From contig MEWG01000047.1 in the NCBI GenBank assembly GCA_001773295.1, forward strand, positions 1 to 32,212: 32,212 bases of DNA, written 5' to 3'. The DNA comes from a candidate division WWE3 bacterium RIFOXYD1_FULL_39_9. Its GTDB lineage: Bacteria; Patescibacteriota; WWE3; UBA101185; UBA10185. Every line of letters starts with the position of its first letter. Within the stretch, counting starts at the first letter, position 1. The notes beneath the pieces are model-generated. The model searched no databases, was not told where the DNA came from, and was given only the letters and a program-made list of their open reading frames with translations. Positions 13,800-22,522 of this stretch are shown here, piece by piece. The position numbers and the translations under genes were made by a program.

Positions 13800-15878
13800 T
13801 TATCCTGCACTCAATTGATACAATGGAAACACAATATCTCCCCATCCGTTAGCATAAGTAACAGTTTTCAAGGCTTCATAAACATCTGTCAATCTTATCA
13901 TCGGGTCTTCATCCCCTCTTTTCTTTTTCTTTTGATCCGATGAAAGAGCTATCTTTGTAATGTATCCTATGACTGCTCGGCGAACGTTCTCTGCATCTTC
14001 TCCCTTTTGTTTTATCTTGTATATAATATCTTTGATTCGCGCCCAGGATTCGCCGTTCGCTAATGACTGGCATAAATCCTTTATCTCTGCTTCAAGCGGC
14101 GTAAAACTGTTAATAGCTGTTATGATCGCTTCATCTTCAAGATCGATTACTTGGTCCAGTATTTTCAAAGCATCTCTCGGACAGCCATCGGCAGTATCTA
14201 TAATTGCTTGAATAGCTTTATCTGGAAATGAGCCAACATCTTCTTTCTTTAGAGTTCTGAGAAGAAGGGTTTTCATTTCTGTATCATTCAAAGGGTTGAC
14301 TTTAAATGTATGGCATCGGCTATGAATGGTTCCGATAAGTCTTTGCGGGTCTGTAGTACAAAGAATAAAATAAACCCAAGGCGGTGGCTCTTCCAAAGTT
14401 GTCAAGAAATTATTCTGTGGAATGTTCTTCTCGGACGCACCGCCAGAGCCTATCATATGGCAATTATGAACAGGTAAACCGTTAGCGAAATAAGACGGAT
14501 GATTTTTAACTTGCAAATCATAACAAATTACATATCCTTGATCTTTTTCTTTATCTCCGATAATACTTTGGAAACATTCGTCATTATTTCCTCGTTTGTA
14601 AATCTCAGAATTTGCCAGCCTAATTCCTTTAGTTTTGCTGTTTTCTTTATATCTCTCAATATAATTTTTTTCGCACCGTGACTCTTTCCATCTACTTCTA
14701 TTGCAAGCTTCAGTTTCTTGTTGCCAATATCTACTTTGTAGCAAGTTGGATAGCCAGGAAATCTTCCACCAAGCGGAATAGCAACTTCCATAGGCCAATT
14801 CAATGCTTTTGACAATAAGACTTGTGGCTTTGTGAACTCCCCATTCCCTCCACGAGGAACAGGGCACAGGTGCAATGTTCCATTTGTCTCTTTTGTAGAT
14901 TTCATTTTTTCTACATACTCTAAATTGAACATGGGATTTTTCTTTTTCATTCGCTTGGAATGTTTCTCTCCTATATAATCTCTCATTTCTTGAGACATAT
15001 TTTTCCAAGCTTTTGCTACGCTCTTGCTGCGTTTTTTTCTGGCTTGTTCTGTATTGCATGTCGCTCTGTATTCTGGATGCTGCCGCAAATTCTCGTTGGC
15101 ACATTTCCTCCCACAAAATCGATTCCCCAATTTTTTGACAGGCTTGCCGCATATCAAACATAAAGACCGAGATTTTGTCATTGATAAATTGTGACATTCT
15201 TTGGAGCAATATTTCTGCCATTTCCGAATTACTTTGTTGCACGTCGCGCAATATTTGATTTCTCTCATTTGTTATTCCTATAAATTCAGAATCAAGCGGA
15301 TAAATTATATCATCAGAAGTAAGGTTTTGCGCTTCTACCCATCCCTTTGAAGTAAAAAATAAATGATCTTTAGTTGTATAAATATTTCTATCTTCTGAAA
15401 AAGTTAATTTAATAAGTCTATCAAAAGATATTTTATTTTGCGATACAGCGACAACTTTATCTTTGCCATATAAAGAAACAATATCTTGATCAACTTTAAT
15501 TTGTTCAATTGGGATATTGCCGCTTGGCGTTTCGATCATAGTTCCAGCAGGAAAACATTCTTCGATAAGCCAAACCCTACACTTTGCAACAGATGGTTTA
15601 TAAGAGATACTTCTTTTCAATTCCTTAATGGTATCTGCTTTAACATCTCCACCATCAATCTGATAGAAGTCTGGACATTCATCGATAGGCATACCAAGAA
15701 GCTTCTCTGCAACGATTCTTCCTGTTGTGCTCTTGCCGCTTCCTTTTGGACCCATAAACAACCAAGCGTGTGGCAAGTCTTTTTCTCTGGAAAAGATTGT
15801 CTTAATACTATTGACCATATCTACATTACCAACAATTTCATCTAATGTCTTTGGTCTGTATGTAGTTTGAAGCGGCAT
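13800..15878 (-). CDS. dnaX: DNA polymerase III gamma/tau-type clamp loader (AAA+) interrupted by an intein
   Basis: TYRPKTLDEIVGN, FMGPKGSGKST (Walker A) and CRVWLIEE (Walker B), then the insert, then CHMIGSG...FLTTLEEPPPWVYFILCTTDPQRLIGTIHSRC (sensor/SRC motifs). Confidence 0.85.
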   Translation of the reverse strand: MPLQTTYRPKTLDEIVGNVDMVNSIKTIFSREKDLPHAWLFMGPKGSGKSTTGRIVAEKLLGMPIDECPDFYQIDGGDVKADTIKELKRSISYKPSVAKCRVWLIEECFPAGTMIETPSGNIPIEQIKVDQDIVSLYGKDKVVAVSQNKISFDRLIKLTFSEDRNIYTTKDHLFFTSKGWVEAQNLTSDDIIYPLDSEFIGITNERNQILRDVQQSNSEMAEILLQRMSQFINDKISVFMFDMRQACQKIGESILWEEMCQREFAAASRIQSDMQYRTSQKKTQQERSKSLEKYVSRNERLYRRETFQANEKEKSHVQFRVCRKNEIYKRDKWNIAPVPCSSWREWGVHKATSLIVKSIELAYGSCYSAWWKISWLSNLLQSRYWQQETEACNRSRWKESRCEKNYIERYKENSKTKGIRLANSEIYKRGNNDECFQSIIGDKEKDQGYVICYDLQVKNHPSYFANGLPVHNCHMIGSGGASEKNIPQNNFLTTLEEPPPWVYFILCTTDPQRLIGTIHSRCHTFKVNPLNDTEMKTLLLRTLKKEDVGSFPDKAIQAIIDTADGCPRDALKILDQVIDLEDEAIITAINSFTPLEAEIKDLCQSLANGESWARIKDIIYKIKQKGEDAENVRRAVIGYITKIALSSDQKKKKRGDEDPMIRLTDVYEALKTVTYANGWGDIVFPLYQLSAG
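14463..15557 (-). mobile_element. Intein (365 aa, precursor residues 108-472) with no recognisable in-frame endonuclease domain
   Basis: Starts CFPAGTMIETPSG (block A) and has TTKDHLFFT (block B). Ends YDLQVKNHPSYFANGLPVHN followed by the +1 Cys. Boundary codons checked: tgt at 15557-15555, aat at 14465-14463, tgc at 14462-14460. The central ~247 in-frame residues are W/C/R/S/Q-rich and look like off-frame translation. Confidence 0.8.
14528..15268 (-). CDS. DUF559/Vsr-like (PD-(D/E)xK) endonuclease with two FCS-type zinc fingers, nested in the +1 frame of the dnaX intein
   Basis: 246 aa. C-terminus YKVDIGNKKLKLAIEVDGKSHGAKKI..RDIKKTAKLKELGWQILRFTNEEI matches the DUF559 pattern (D..IE.DG..H...D..R...L...G..vlRF). 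N-terminus has CATCNK..KYCSKEC and CLICGK..RFCGRKC. Own RBS AGGAAT lies 7 nt before the ATG. Confidence 0.7.
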   Translation of the reverse strand: MREIKYCATCNKVIRKWQKYCSKECHNLSMTKSRSLCLICGKPVKKLGNRFCGRKCANENLRQHPEYRATCNTEQARKKRSKSVAKAWKNMSQEMRDYIGEKHSKRMKKKNPMFNLEYVEKMKSTKETNGTLHLCPVPRGGNGEFTKPQVLLSKALNWPMEVAIPLGGRFPGYPTCYKVDIGNKKLKLAIEVDGKSHGAKKIILRDIKKTAKLKELGWQILRFTNEEIMTNVSKVLSEIKKKIKDM

Positions 15879-15903
15879 AATTTAAACTTTCCTCTTATTA
15901 CTT

Positions 15904-15933
15904 ATTATAATAAAGAAATTTAGAAAAATAAAG
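15904..15933 (-). promoter_or_regulatory. Conserved promoter-like motif, copy 2 (upstream of dnaX)
   Basis: Minus strand reads CTTTATTTTTCTAAATTTCTTTATTATAAT. 25 nt further downstream is the dnaX ATG, with AGAGGAAAG as RBS. Confidence 0.55.
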
Positions 15934-15963
15934 ATTGCTTATATTCACGTAACAGTTTGGAGT

Positions 15964-17277
15964 TTATCCTCTGAAAAAGTTTGCCATTCTATAATTACTA
16001 TTTCTTTGTTTTCTAATTTTATGAATAGTAGTTTTTTGTTCTTCTGGTAGTGTCTTTTTAACTTCTTTCATTTGCATTCTTCTTGTTCTAACAATCTCTT
16101 TATACTTTTGATAAGCATCGCTTTTTGGCTGTGCCTGTCCAAGACCTTTACACCAATAATCATTTCTTAATAATACTTTACACATTCTACGCCATGATGG
16201 AGCCCAGCATTTACTTTCAAGTTCTGGCGGTGCTTCTTCTGGAATAATCGGATAACCCCTTCTGTGCCACCCGTGAATAAACTTTTTAAATCTAAGCGTG
16301 TAATGACTTCTCGTTTTCTTCGGCATTGTTTGCAGAAGCAAATTACAAAAGCTTTTCCATGTATGGTTATCAGGTTTTGTTATTTTATTATAACCACTAA
16401 TGTTGCCATTTTCTTGAACATAAAGCGCTCCAGAATTTGCTCCATTTACTCTTGCAACTAATTTAAACCATGTATTCGGTTCTAAAATATGATAAAGCCA
16501 CAATCCTCTTCTCTGATCGTCTCCAAATGGTTGACACAATCTTTGATGCGATAAAGGGACACCCGCCATTTGCATCTTATCATATATTTTATTGTGAGGT
16601 TTTTCTGGATATTTAGCGTGATACTTCCAAATGTCTTGAGTAAGCCAATCGTAAATAGGATATACGTTATAAACATTATCTGCTATTTTTGTTGTCCATC
16701 TATAGTTGTTGAACATTAAATCTCTTTTTTCCCAAGTAGCAATAGCACAATATCTATGGAGACTTTCTTGTGCTCTGATTCCAATAAAAGCAGCAGTAGG
16801 TTTGTCTTGGCTATACCACTCTCCAACCCAAACAATAAACTCTTCAAACTCCATCTTAGCAACGCCAAACGGATAGTCTTTTTCTGTTTTTATATATGGA
16901 TAATTTGGCTTTTCTCTTATCCAAATATCTTTCTTTTCTTCATCCCAACAAACCCATCTCGGCTCATAATTTGTAACAGCATTTCTTAAAAGCATTGGAA
17001 TACAAATCCAATGCGGATCAATATACTCTTTGTAAATCTTGAACATTTCTTTTGCGTGTTTTATAGTCTCTGCATATTGTGCTTCAAAGTCTATATACAT
17101 GACTCCAACTTTTCGCTTCCTACGCATTGCTTCTTCCATAACAAGATGAAACATAACACTACTGTCTTTACCGCCAGAAAAAGCAACATAGATTCTCTCA
17201 AAATTATCAAATACTATTTTAACTCTTTCTCTTGAAGCCGTTAATACATTGTAGTTTTTATATCTTTTTACACCCAT
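15964..17277 (-). CDS. ibrA: IbrA-like PAPS-reductase-family PP-loop ATPase with long C-terminal extension (DUF3440-like)
   Basis: 437 aa. PP-loop VAFSGGKDSSVMFHL, GIRAQES and a W-rich C-terminal region. Sits directly downstream of a ParB-like gene, as in ibrBA pairs. Confidence 0.7.
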   Translation of the reverse strand: MGVKRYKNYNVLTASRERVKIVFDNFERIYVAFSGGKDSSVMFHLVMEEAMRRKRKVGVMYIDFEAQYAETIKHAKEMFKIYKEYIDPHWICIPMLLRNAVTNYEPRWVCWDEEKKDIWIREKPNYPYIKTEKDYPFGVAKMEFEEFIVWVGEWYSQDKPTAAFIGIRAQESLHRYCAIATWEKRDLMFNNYRWTTKIADNVYNVYPIYDWLTQDIWKYHAKYPEKPHNKIYDKMQMAGVPLSHQRLCQPFGDDQRRGLWLYHILEPNTWFKLVARVNGANSGALYVQENGNISGYNKITKPDNHTWKSFCNLLLQTMPKKTRSHYTLRFKKFIHGWHRRGYPIIPEEAPPELESKCWAPSWRRMCKVLLRNDYWCKGLGQAQPKSDAYQKYKEIVRTRRMQMKEVKKTLPEEQKTTIHKIRKQRNSNYRMANFFRG

Positions 17278-17289
17278 AATAAACCGCCA

Positions 17290-18438
17290 TTAATAAATGT
17301 CAGATTGTCTATTTGCATAAGCTTCGTCCATGGTAACTTCTTCACGGTCATTAGCTTTAAGCCATTTATTCAAATATTTTAGAGCAACTTCGTTTGCTTC
17401 GTTCTGTTGTTTCTCAGACATTAGAGAAAATCCACCTCTAAATGTAGACGGAATACCTGTAGCATAACACATGGCAGCTTGTCCAAGCCATGCTATTCTG
17501 TTCATGGCGCTATTTGTTAGGTAGTGTTCGCAAGAATGTTTCCACTCCTTTATAACATGTTCAAGTGTAGCAGCAAATTTCTTTGGGTTAGATAAAAACT
17601 TTTTATACTCTTCTTCGCACTCGCTTTTAGTTTTTCCATGCATTGTAGTATTATAAAAACCAGCCTTATAACATTCCCATTTTTCATATGTGTGGAAAAT
17701 CCTATTTTCATCACTCGTGTTTACTGTTCTAAATTCTTTATCTTCTTCTTTAAAATCGTCTACATCATCGCTCAACTCTTCAAAATCAGATTCGGTTACT
17801 TCTCCTTCAACATCCCATGCTTTTGAAAATTCTTGATCTGAAAATAATTCGATAAGCCCTGTTATTTGACACAAGCGCAAAATTTCATCTTCATCCATTC
17901 CAAGTTCTCTTGAAATTTTTTCATTGTCCCAATTTCTTCTTTTTAATTCTAAGACAATATCAGACATCTTTTCTATCTGATGTTTGCCCCTTGCGCGATT
18001 ATGTCTAATAGTTGCCGCTATTCTATCTGATTTTGATTCTCTTTCATGATTTATAATAGCAAGAGGAAGATAACCTAAAATTCTTTTCTTCGCTTCTTTT
18101 GATTCTTTGCCGACTCTATTTCTATGAAAGCCGTCTACTACTTCGAATATATCTTGTTCATTTCTCCATGCGACAATTGGTTGCGTATAGCCGTCTTCAC
18201 ATATTGATCTTTCAAGCAGTTTCATTTCTGGAGGAGCTACAGAATTTGGATTATAATCATTTGCATGAACCATGTCTGATTTAATCCACTGCACACAATC
18301 AACAGGCTCATTTTTAAATGGACTATACTTGTGAAGTTCTTTTCTTATTTCATTAATTGCTTCGATTAAATCTCTTTGGTTTAAAATATCAAGAGATTTA
18401 AATAAGTCTTTCGATTTCTTAATAACTTCTTTTTTCAT
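17290..18438 (-). CDS. ibrB: IbrB-like ParB/sulfiredoxin-domain protein
   Basis: 382 aa. NDYNPNSVAPPEMKLLERSICEDGYTQPIV...VVDGFHRNR...IRHNRARGKH is the ParB N-terminal domain core (DGxHR). Its ATG overlaps the DnaE stop (ATGA at 18435-18438). Confidence 0.7.
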   Translation of the reverse strand: MKKEVIKKSKDLFKSLDILNQRDLIEAINEIRKELHKYSPFKNEPVDCVQWIKSDMVHANDYNPNSVAPPEMKLLERSICEDGYTQPIVAWRNEQDIFEVVDGFHRNRVGKESKEAKKRILGYLPLAIINHERESKSDRIAATIRHNRARGKHQIEKMSDIVLELKRRNWDNEKISRELGMDEDEILRLCQITGLIELFSDQEFSKAWDVEGEVTESDFEELSDDVDDFKEEDKEFRTVNTSDENRIFHTYEKWECYKAGFYNTTMHGKTKSECEEEYKKFLSNPKKFAATLEHVIKEWKHSCEHYLTNSAMNRIAWLGQAAMCYATGIPSTFRGGFSLMSEKQQNEANEVALKYLNKWLKANDREEVTMDEAYANRQSDIY

Positions 18439-21400
18439 TTTGTCGCTTCCTTAAATGCTTTGCTGAACTCTTCGATTCCTTTTTCAAACAGTTCTCTATT
18501 TCTTGGATTTCTCAATACCGCAGATGGATGAAGGCTCCAAACTACATATGCTTCTAAAGATTTAATCCATTGTCTTTGCCCTGCTAATGTAGTAATGCCT
18601 CCATCCTTTCCTGTAAATGCTTTCAAGCAAATGTTACCACAAGCAAGAACGAGTTTGCATTTAGTCTTCTTTAATTCATCCATTAACCAAGGAAGACATG
18701 CTTGTATATGATCTTCTTTCGGCGTCTTTGTTTTTGAAGGATAGCATCTACAGGCGTTTGAAACATATACATCCGATCTATTGATATTATACTTTGCTAA
18801 AGTACTCCAAAGCAAATCGCCAGCGGGACCAATAAATCCCATTCTTTTAATTGAACCATCTCTCATTTGTACTCCAATGTCTTCTCGTCTTCCTGGCGCT
18901 TCGCCGATTACAAATATATTATACTTTCCAATGCTCGTTAATATTGGCTCTTGCGCTTCTTCTGCTAAACTGCATCGCTTGCACTTTGATATTCTTTCGC
19001 TTCTATACTTTATCTTTTCAGCTTTCAAAATTCTATCTTGCTTCTGTATTAGTTTATTTGATCCTCGCCCACATTCAAAAGGCAAGTACTCACTTAGGTT
19101 ACTTGGAATTGATTCTGGATCATAGGCATCTATCTTTTCTAATGTCTCTTCTATTTTTGTTTTCTTCTTGGCAACAGGATTAATATTAAAAAAGCCTTTG
19201 TTCTTTGGTTTTGCTACTATCTTATTTTCTACACACTTTAAAGCATTACTTTCTCCAAAAGATTTAATTTCTGCAAACGGAGTATAAAGACAATTATCTT
19301 TTATTGTCCACCTTAATGCATCTGATATTCCTATCTTCGGCGGCATTATAGATAAGCCAATTTCTTTTGCTTCATCTATGATATGTTGTTTATGCTTTTG
19401 AACATCTTTCTTCTTTTCATCATATTCACCATAAGATAGAGTAGCACAAAAAAACTCTACTGGATAATGCGCTTTTAAATATGCAGTACGATAAGCAATC
19501 AAAGCATATGCAGTACTATGCCCTCTTCCGAATCCATAACGTGCCCAATGAAGAAGACCGTCCCAAAATTCTCCAGCTTCTTTAGGGCTAAATGTTTTTT
19601 GTTTAGCACAACCATCAACAAATTGCTTTTTATATGGCTCGAATTCTTTAGGGTCTCTTTTCTTTCCTATAACTCTTCTAATACTATCTGCATCTGATTC
19701 TGACATTCCAGCCATTCTGGAAATTACTTTCATCACTTGTTCTTGATACACGAGCTGGCCGTATGTATCTTTTGTAATATCTTCATATATAGGATGATCT
19801 TTATCCCAATGCTTTCCTTTCTTTCTTTCAACATATTCTTCCGTCATGCCGGATTCCGATGGTCCTGGTCGTATAAGAGCAAGTGCAGCGTTAAGATGTT
19901 CAAAGCAAGAGATACCCATTTGAGTACATAATTCTGTCAACGGCCTTGCAGATACTTGAAACAAGCCAGCAGTTTTTCCAGAATCAATAAACTCAAATGC
20001 TTCAGGGTCTTCTTCTGGTATTGTTTCTATTTCAAAGCTTGAGTTGGATTGTTTTATTAAAGTTCGGCACTCTTCTAATACAGATATTGTAGCAAGACCG
20101 AGCACATCAAGTTTCATAAGTCCTTGATGCTCGCAGTTTTTCATATTCCAATTTACTACTTGATAATCTCCACGCTTTACAAGAACGCATCTTGTTCCTT
20201 GTGTTAAATCTTCTCCACTTATAATTACTCCAGCGGCATGTCTTCCAGCATTTCTAAACTGTCCTTCAAGTTTTAAAGCGAGTTTAATTTGCTTTGGATG
20301 TTTCTCTGCAAATTGTTTTGCTTCTGAATTTCTTTCAACAGCATATTCTATTGCACTTCCTTCGTGATCTGGATTGTCCCATATAGAGTTTGCCATATCC
20401 GATACTTCATCATTAGGCAAATCAAATACTCTTCCTATATCACGAATAACCGCTTTACTTTTCATCTGCATTTCAGTAGAGATATAAGCAACATTATTCT
20501 TACCGTAGATTTCAAATAAAGCATCTACTGCTTGCTGTCTATATCTCTTTTCAATATCTAAATCAATATCTGGTAGATCATTGCGGTCCTCAGAAAGAAA
20601 TCTTGAAAAAGGAAGATCATATTTAATTGGATCAAGTCCTTCTGTAATATGAAGTAAATGAGCTATCAATGCTCCAGCTACACTTCCACGACCAGGGCCA
20701 ACTCCCCATCCTTTACTCTTACAATATAAAACAAAATCTTGAACGATTAGAAAGTATCTTGAGAAGTCTTTCTTGCCAATCAAAGCAAGTTCTGTTTCTA
20801 ATCGTTCTTTGTATTCTGTTTTTCTATCAAGGCCAAATTCTCTCAATCCAATTAAGCATCTACTTTTTAATTCTTGAAATTCACTTTGCTCTGATATTTT
20901 ATAAGGAAGATTGGGAAGAGATATATTTTGTTTCTTTATTTCAAAGTTAGAACATCTTTCAGCTATTTGAACGGTTCTTTCAATTGCTTTATATACTTCT
21001 CTCTTTGTAAAGTCTCCTTGCTTTTCAAAGGCTTGAAGCATTTCATCTGCTGTTCTCAAATGAAGACCCTTAAATCCAAACCTCCATCTATTAGGATCAT
21101 TCCACTTAGCATTACTTTGAATAGCTAAAAGAACTTCTTGCGCTTCCCAATCTTCCTCAAGGATATAGTGATTGTCATTGGTTGCAACTAATGGCCATTC
21201 ACTATAATCTTTTTTTATCTTTGCATGAAGTTGTTTCTGGCTCTTGATATTGTGCGGCATAACTTCAATAAATACAGAATCTTTATTTGCTTTCTCATCT
21301 AAGTCTCTAACAAATCTATCAGAAGCATTTATAACAGAAGCAGCGCAACCAGTAAGAAAGATCAAACCATCAAGATTAGAATTTAGAATTTGTTCATAAT

Positions 21401-21758
21401 CGCATCTTGGCCGATGATAGAATCCTTCGAGGCTTGCTTTTGTTAACCACTTGCAGAGAGTTCTCCACCCATTTATATTTTCTACAAGCACTGTTAGATG
21501 GCTTCGCTTTTCTCCTTTGTCTTTCTTATTCATATCCGAAACTACATAGAGTTCGCAGCCGACAACAGGAAGTATATTGGCTTTCTTACATTCCTGCTGC
21601 CACTCAATTGCGCCGTCTACATTTCCGTGATCTGTTAAAGCAATAGATTTAAAGCCAAGCTCTGCTGCTCTTTTAATGTAGTTAGCAGAAGTACCAAAGC
21701 CATCAAGCCAGCTCCGGGTGGAGTGCAAATGCAGATGAACAAAAGAACTGTTATCCAT
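18435..21758 (-). CDS. dnaE: DNA polymerase III alpha subunit (DnaE type, PHP domain) fused to a C-terminal family-4 uracil-DNA glycosylase domain
   Basis: 1107 aa. PHP motif FVHLHLHSTRSWLDG...LTDHGN. Polymerase core GPGRGSVAGALIAHLL, LPDIDLDI, GRHAAGVII, GLMKLDVLGL and YGQLVYQEQVM. The last ~183 aa are UDG-like. Confidence 0.9.
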   Translation of the reverse strand: MDNSSFVHLHLHSTRSWLDGFGTSANYIKRAAELGFKSIALTDHGNVDGAIEWQQECKKANILPVVGCELYVVSDMNKKDKGEKRSHLTVLVENINGWRTLCKWLTKASLEGFYHRPRCDYEQILNSNLDGLIFLTGCAASVINASDRFVRDLDEKANKDSVFIEVMPHNIKSQKQLHAKIKKDYSEWPLVATNDNHYILEEDWEAQEVLLAIQSNAKWNDPNRWRFGFKGLHLRTADEMLQAFEKQGDFTKREVYKAIERTVQIAERCSNFEIKKQNISLPNLPYKISEQSEFQELKSRCLIGLREFGLDRKTEYKERLETELALIGKKDFSRYFLIVQDFVLYCKSKGWGVGPGRGSVAGALIAHLLHITEGLDPIKYDLPFSRFLSEDRNDLPDIDLDIEKRYRQQAVDALFEIYGKNNVAYISTEMQMKSKAVIRDIGRVFDLPNDEVSDMANSIWDNPDHEGSAIEYAVERNSEAKQFAEKHPKQIKLALKLEGQFRNAGRHAAGVIISGEDLTQGTRCVLVKRGDYQVVNWNMKNCEHQGLMKLDVLGLATISVLEECRTLIKQSNSSFEIETIPEEDPEAFEFIDSGKTAGLFQVSARPLTELCTQMGISCFEHLNAALALIRPGPSESGMTEEYVERKKGKHWDKDHPIYEDITKDTYGQLVYQEQVMKVISRMAGMSESDADSIRRVIGKKRDPKEFEPYKKQFVDGCAKQKTFSPKEAGEFWDGLLHWARYGFGRGHSTAYALIAYRTAYLKAHYPVEFFCATLSYGEYDEKKKDVQKHKQHIIDEAKEIGLSIMPPKIGISDALRWTIKDNCLYTPFAEIKSFGESNALKCVENKIVAKPKNKGFFNINPVAKKKTKIEETLEKIDAYDPESIPSNLSEYLPFECGRGSNKLIQKQDRILKAEKIKYRSERISKCKRCSLAEEAQEPILTSIGKYNIFVIGEAPGRREDIGVQMRDGSIKRMGFIGPAGDLLWSTLAKYNINRSDVYVSNACRCYPSKTKTPKEDHIQACLPWLMDELKKTKCKLVLACGNICLKAFTGKDGGITTLAGQRQWIKSLEAYVVWSLHPSAVLRNPRNRELFEKGIEEFSKAFKEATK
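18438..18986 (-). other. Family-4 UDG-like domain at the C-terminus of DnaE (residues ~925-1107)
   Basis: CKRCSL..., VIGEAPGRRED...GFIGPAGDLL (motif A with a ~9-aa insertion), NACRCYP, ACLPWL and SLHPSAVLRNP (motif B). The cysteines are spaced as in the 4Fe-4S family-4 enzymes. Confidence 0.75.
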
Positions 21759-21760
21759 TA

Positions 21761-22039
21761 TTACTTTTCTTTCCTAACTCTTTTCACTTTCTCAACTGGC
21801 TTTTTCTTATCTGCCCACATCTTTTTAAATCGTTCTGATGCTGTTGCCTTTTGTTCTTCTGTTCGCTTTCTCATACTGAAAGGATTCTTGCCTGTACGAT
21901 AAGCAAACAAAGCGCAATCTTTACTTTCGCATTTAACTATCATTCTTTGTCCACCAATACAAGAACTACAAAACTCTTTGATAGCTTTCATCGGCGACCC
22001 AAACTTCTTACCGTGTTCTGTTTCTGTGAACTTATTCAT
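21761..22039 (-). CDS. Hypothetical Cys-rich small protein
   Basis: 92 aa. FCSSCIGG...VKCESKDCALFAYRTGKNP, then a basic tail. Confidence 0.45.
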   Translation of the reverse strand: MNKFTETEHGKKFGSPMKAIKEFCSSCIGGQRMIVKCESKDCALFAYRTGKNPFSMRKRTEEQKATASERFKKMWADKKKPVEKVKRVRKEK

Positions 22040-22256
22040 TTAATTTTTTTCTCCTGTTGAAATAATTTTTATTCTTCGGCATCTTGATAGGTCTTATTGC
22101 GTACTTGCTCGTTAGTACTTTCTTATTGTCTTCAAATTGAATTAGTATAGAGTTCATATAGCCTTTAGCCAATACTCTACATTTGTTCCCCTTCCTTTCC
22201 GGCAAATGAGAAGTCCAATGCCATACATAATCGAAGTTATTACTGACAAGATTCAT
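22032..22256 (-). CDS. Hypothetical protein (74 aa)
   Basis: The start was moved to MNLVSNNF because its ATG forms an ATGA overlap with the upstream stop (22253-22256). The track's longer version overlaps the upstream gene. Confidence 0.45.
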   Translation of the reverse strand: MNLVSNNFDYVWHWTSHLPERKGNKCRVLAKGYMNSILIQFEDNKKVLTSKYAIRPIKMPKNKNYFNRRKKLNE

Positions 22257-22480
22257 AGTGGATTCTCTACTGTGACAGATAGCGGTTGTAATGGTAAATT
22301 GAAAGTCAGCAAACTGATATAGATAATTCCTGTTTCTGCAATTACTTTCTTTTCCTCTGTTGTAAGTTGCCAACAAGTAACGACTATGCCGGTTTCATCT
22401 TTATGCGCTGGCAACGGTTGATATTCTGGTTGATCTTTTGCATAAATACAATTCTCTTCTTTGAAATGAATAGGTATCAT
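22253..22480 (-). CDS. Hypothetical protein (75 aa)
   Basis: The ORF is translationally coupled to the next gene. No motif recognised. Confidence 0.45.
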   Translation of the reverse strand: MIPIHFKEENCIYAKDQPEYQPLPAHKDETGIVVTCWQLTTEEKKVIAETGIIYISLLTFNLPLQPLSVTVENPL

Positions 22481-22522
22481 AATTTATCCTCTATATTCTC
22501 TTGTTGATAAATTGTCATTTCT

